Assembly (NCBI GenBank): GCA_964016885.1
Contig: OZ024749.1
Span: 43,338,001-43,402,000, forward strand
DNA from: Eledone cirrhosa
Lineage: Eukaryota
DNA: 64,000 nt
Direction of reading: 5' to 3'
The translations under genes were made by a program, and so were the position numbers. The notes beneath the pieces were generated by a model. It saw only the letters and a list, made by a program, of their open reading frames with translations. It had not been told where the DNA came from and did not search any database. Positions 61,488-64,000 of the stretch are shown piece by piece (position 1 is the first letter of the stretch; each line of letters begins with the position of its first letter).

Positions 61488-61707
61488 TAGGAACGAGTAG
61501 GACCCCGACGGCTGAGCACAAGCCGTTTCGACGGCTAATTCTGGACTAAAAGTTTTTAAAGATTTTTAGTCCAGAATTAGCCGTCGAAACGGCTTGAGCT
61601 CAGCCGTCGGGGTCCTACTCGTTCCTATTACCCACTCTACTACCCTAAGTATTGAGTACTTTGGTGCGTTATGGTCCACCTGGTTCCTTACCACATTTCC
61701 TTCGTTA
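61488..61707 (+). mobile_element. Family B, most complete copy: 64-bp inverted arms plus 80-bp tail in (TA)n
   Basis: Arms 61488-61551 and 61564-61627 (1 mismatch); tail 61628-61707. Confidence 0.92.
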
Positions 61708-61808
61708 TAAATATATATATATATATATATATATAAATATATATAAATTTATATATATATATATATATATATACATACTTTCACACACATATGTGCATAT
61801 ATACGCAT

Positions 61809-61810
<2 letters not shown>

Positions 61811-61882
<72 letters not shown>

Positions 61883-61892
61883 CCACACACAC
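61811..61892. repeat. (CA)n
   Basis: Direct reading. Confidence 0.95.
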
Positions 61893-62489
61893 ATATATAT
61901 ATATATAAACGGGGCATATTCCCATCATCAGTTGTCTGCTGGAGATCATGGACATTTCTACGCATTAAAGACAGTATGTGAAGCTCTGGTGCGTCAATAA
62001 CTATAGGAAGTTATTGGGGCAAAAAATAAGAAGAAAAAAAAGAAACACAAACGCAGAGAACACACCGAAAATGGAAACATGAAAAGCACATGTATGTATA
62101 TGAACAACCGGAGACAGTGAGAGGGGGCGAAGTCAAAACCAGCTATAGGACTTGAGACCGAAGCTGTGTTGACGGTGAATTAGAGAGAGCGAAGAAAATA
62201 GGTCTGACCTCTGCAAGAGTAGGCGAAAAAGAGGCAGGGGTGAGAGAAAAAGCGGAAGCAGCAGGATAGCTAGCAGAGAGGAGGAGAGTAAAATTGAGAG
62301 GGAAAGAGAGAGGGTGGGAGAAAGAAAGAAAGGGAAATTGAAATACATTTTACAGGTATTACATCTAAAGAAACTGGAATGAAACAAGTTTTGTTGAGAA
62401 TTCGCCCACCTAAGAATACCAGCAAATGTATTAGGAATTGCCCCAATTATTCTGAACCAATAACGAAAGATATTATTTAACTTGCCAAT

Positions 62490-62672
62490 GGCGGTGGATT
62501 GGCAGTATCGGTAGAGGGTCGGACGCCATGCTTTCCAGCATAGTTACGTCCCTTTACGATCTGAGTTCAAATCCCGCCGAGGTTGACTTTGCTTTCATCC
62601 TTACGGGGTCGATAAAATAAAGTACCAGTAATGCACTGGGTAATTGCTGGCCTTGTGCCTAAAGTAGAAACA
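62490..62672 (+). mobile_element. SINE A reference copy (tRNA head, Meta-domain-like centre)
   Basis: A box 62500-62511 and B box 62563-62574. Centre GACTTTGCTTTCATCCTTACGGGGTCGATAAAATAAAGTACCAG resembles the MetaSINE domain as recalled. TSD ATTATTTAACTTGC(C/T)AAT at 62472-62489 and 62673-62690. Confidence 0.93.
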
Positions 62673-63104
62673 ATTATTTAACTTGCTAATTGCTCAAGAA
62701 ATAACAACGTCACTATTTTCTTCTCTCAGATAAGAGGCAAAGGCCCAAGAAGTTATACTTTAGGATCACCATTTCAATTAAACCTATGCAAATCTATGAA
62801 CCTTGATAGGAAAAAAATATCGTTTCAATTCTTTTTATTGGAATAATTCTCTTTGTAGAAGTATCAGTGTTACAAATTCAGTTACATATTTTATGAATGT
62901 CTGTTCTTATTCTGTAAACAAGAAATCAATATTTATACTAGAAACGCCTACGCCAATGATGTAATATTTCATCCATATTGAACATGATATTAGATAATAT
63001 ATATGTGATTATTTTACAGCATTACAACATATCAATAAGATCTAAAACTATGTTTGTGTGCTAAACATATCAGATAATTTTCGTGTTTTTGATTCCAAAG
63101 CAAT

Positions 63105-63245
63105 AGGTGGTGAATTGGTAGAGCCGTTACGATGTTGCGTAGAAATTGCCTTGTGTTGTAAATTTTTTTTTTTCTCTGTTTTGCTTTCAAGTTCTAACGA
63201 AAGCATCGTTGCATTTAATCCTTTTGAAATCGATAAAAAAAAAAG
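63105..63245 (+). mobile_element. Highly degenerate SINE A relic
   Basis: GGTGGTGAATTGGTAGAG...GCATTTAATCCTTTTGAAATCGATAAAA. Confidence 0.45.
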
Positions 63246-64000
63246 CAAACAGTTCAGGTTAGAGGAATTGGCAGCTTTGTAAAAGTGTCTGACGAGTTGA
63301 TTTACGGTATATGTTCTGGCACTGGATAGCGTTAACATGTCTGCCAGAAGTTACTATCCACAGATATGTTCAGGAATGGAAGCATAGTTCCATGTGACGG
63401 TCGGTTGGCGCTTTTTCTTTATTTTGCCATATATAATGTAATGTAACCATGTAGTCAAAACTTGTAGACGCTTATAGGTTTTAGATCCCAAATACACACC
63501 CTCTATCGCGATCGCGTCCCTACGAATCTACAAGGAGTAAAGGGATAAAATATCAGTGTGTAATGCCATGGAAAGCTTGTTATAATGTAACACTAACAGG
63601 TCTGTGTTGTAGTTTACGATTACTATAAGACCATTGTCATAGCTCAAAGAGTCTCAAAATGTTAAAACAGAATGGGCAGCATTGCTTCTAAAGTACAGAC
63701 AAACTATATTGAAATTTTAACTGATACGACTTCAATAAAATAACAAAACAAAATGACTAACCCGATTTATTACACGCGAAGCATTATCATGAATATGTTG
63801 TATAACTTTTAGATTTTTTTCCTTGTTTTTCCTGAATTTTAAACGAATTTAATCGATTTTGTATATTTTCTTCCTTTTATAGGTTCGTTTCATTCCAGAA
63901 ATTCTGATTGAGGACGTGAATATATTTATTTTTATGTACAAACATTTCCATGTCAACAGAAGTAACCAAAACAATATATATTCGAGTAATTATTGCCAAT

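Noticed and set aside
63860-63990. Plus-strand acceptor TTTTCTTCCTTTTATAG and possible terminal exon
   Set aside because: No recognisable peptide and no upstream partner exon identified.

Overview
This is an AT-rich, repeat-dominated eukaryotic window. The microsatellite load and SINE types suggest a mollusc, probably an octopod cephalopod; that assignment is inference. Almost every ORF in the supplied track is a microsatellite translation artefact, and no complete gene is visible; there are only a few low-confidence minus-strand exon candidates. The window holds: (1) many (TA)n, (GA)n, (CA)n, (AAT)n, (AAC)n and (ACC)n arrays; (2) about 18 copies or relics of a ~185-215 bp tRNA-derived SINE, in which all seven readable TSDs begin with ATTAT; (3) relics of a second, CORE-like SINE group; (4) a non-autonomous Helitron, a fold-back/MITE-like element, an RTE-type LINE 3' fragment and possible BEL/Pao relics. 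The most interesting signal is a set of four small element families (B, C, D, F; about 15 copies) that differ in sequence but share one architecture. They sit in or next to (TA)n tracts and consist of an inverted arm, a hammerhead-ribozyme-like segment and a 3' tail. The tail carries a conserved bulged stem-loop (ACTC-TRY...RYA-TY-GAGT) with compensatory changes between families. These look like non-autonomous, Penelope-like (pLTR-derived) retroelements that target microsatellites.
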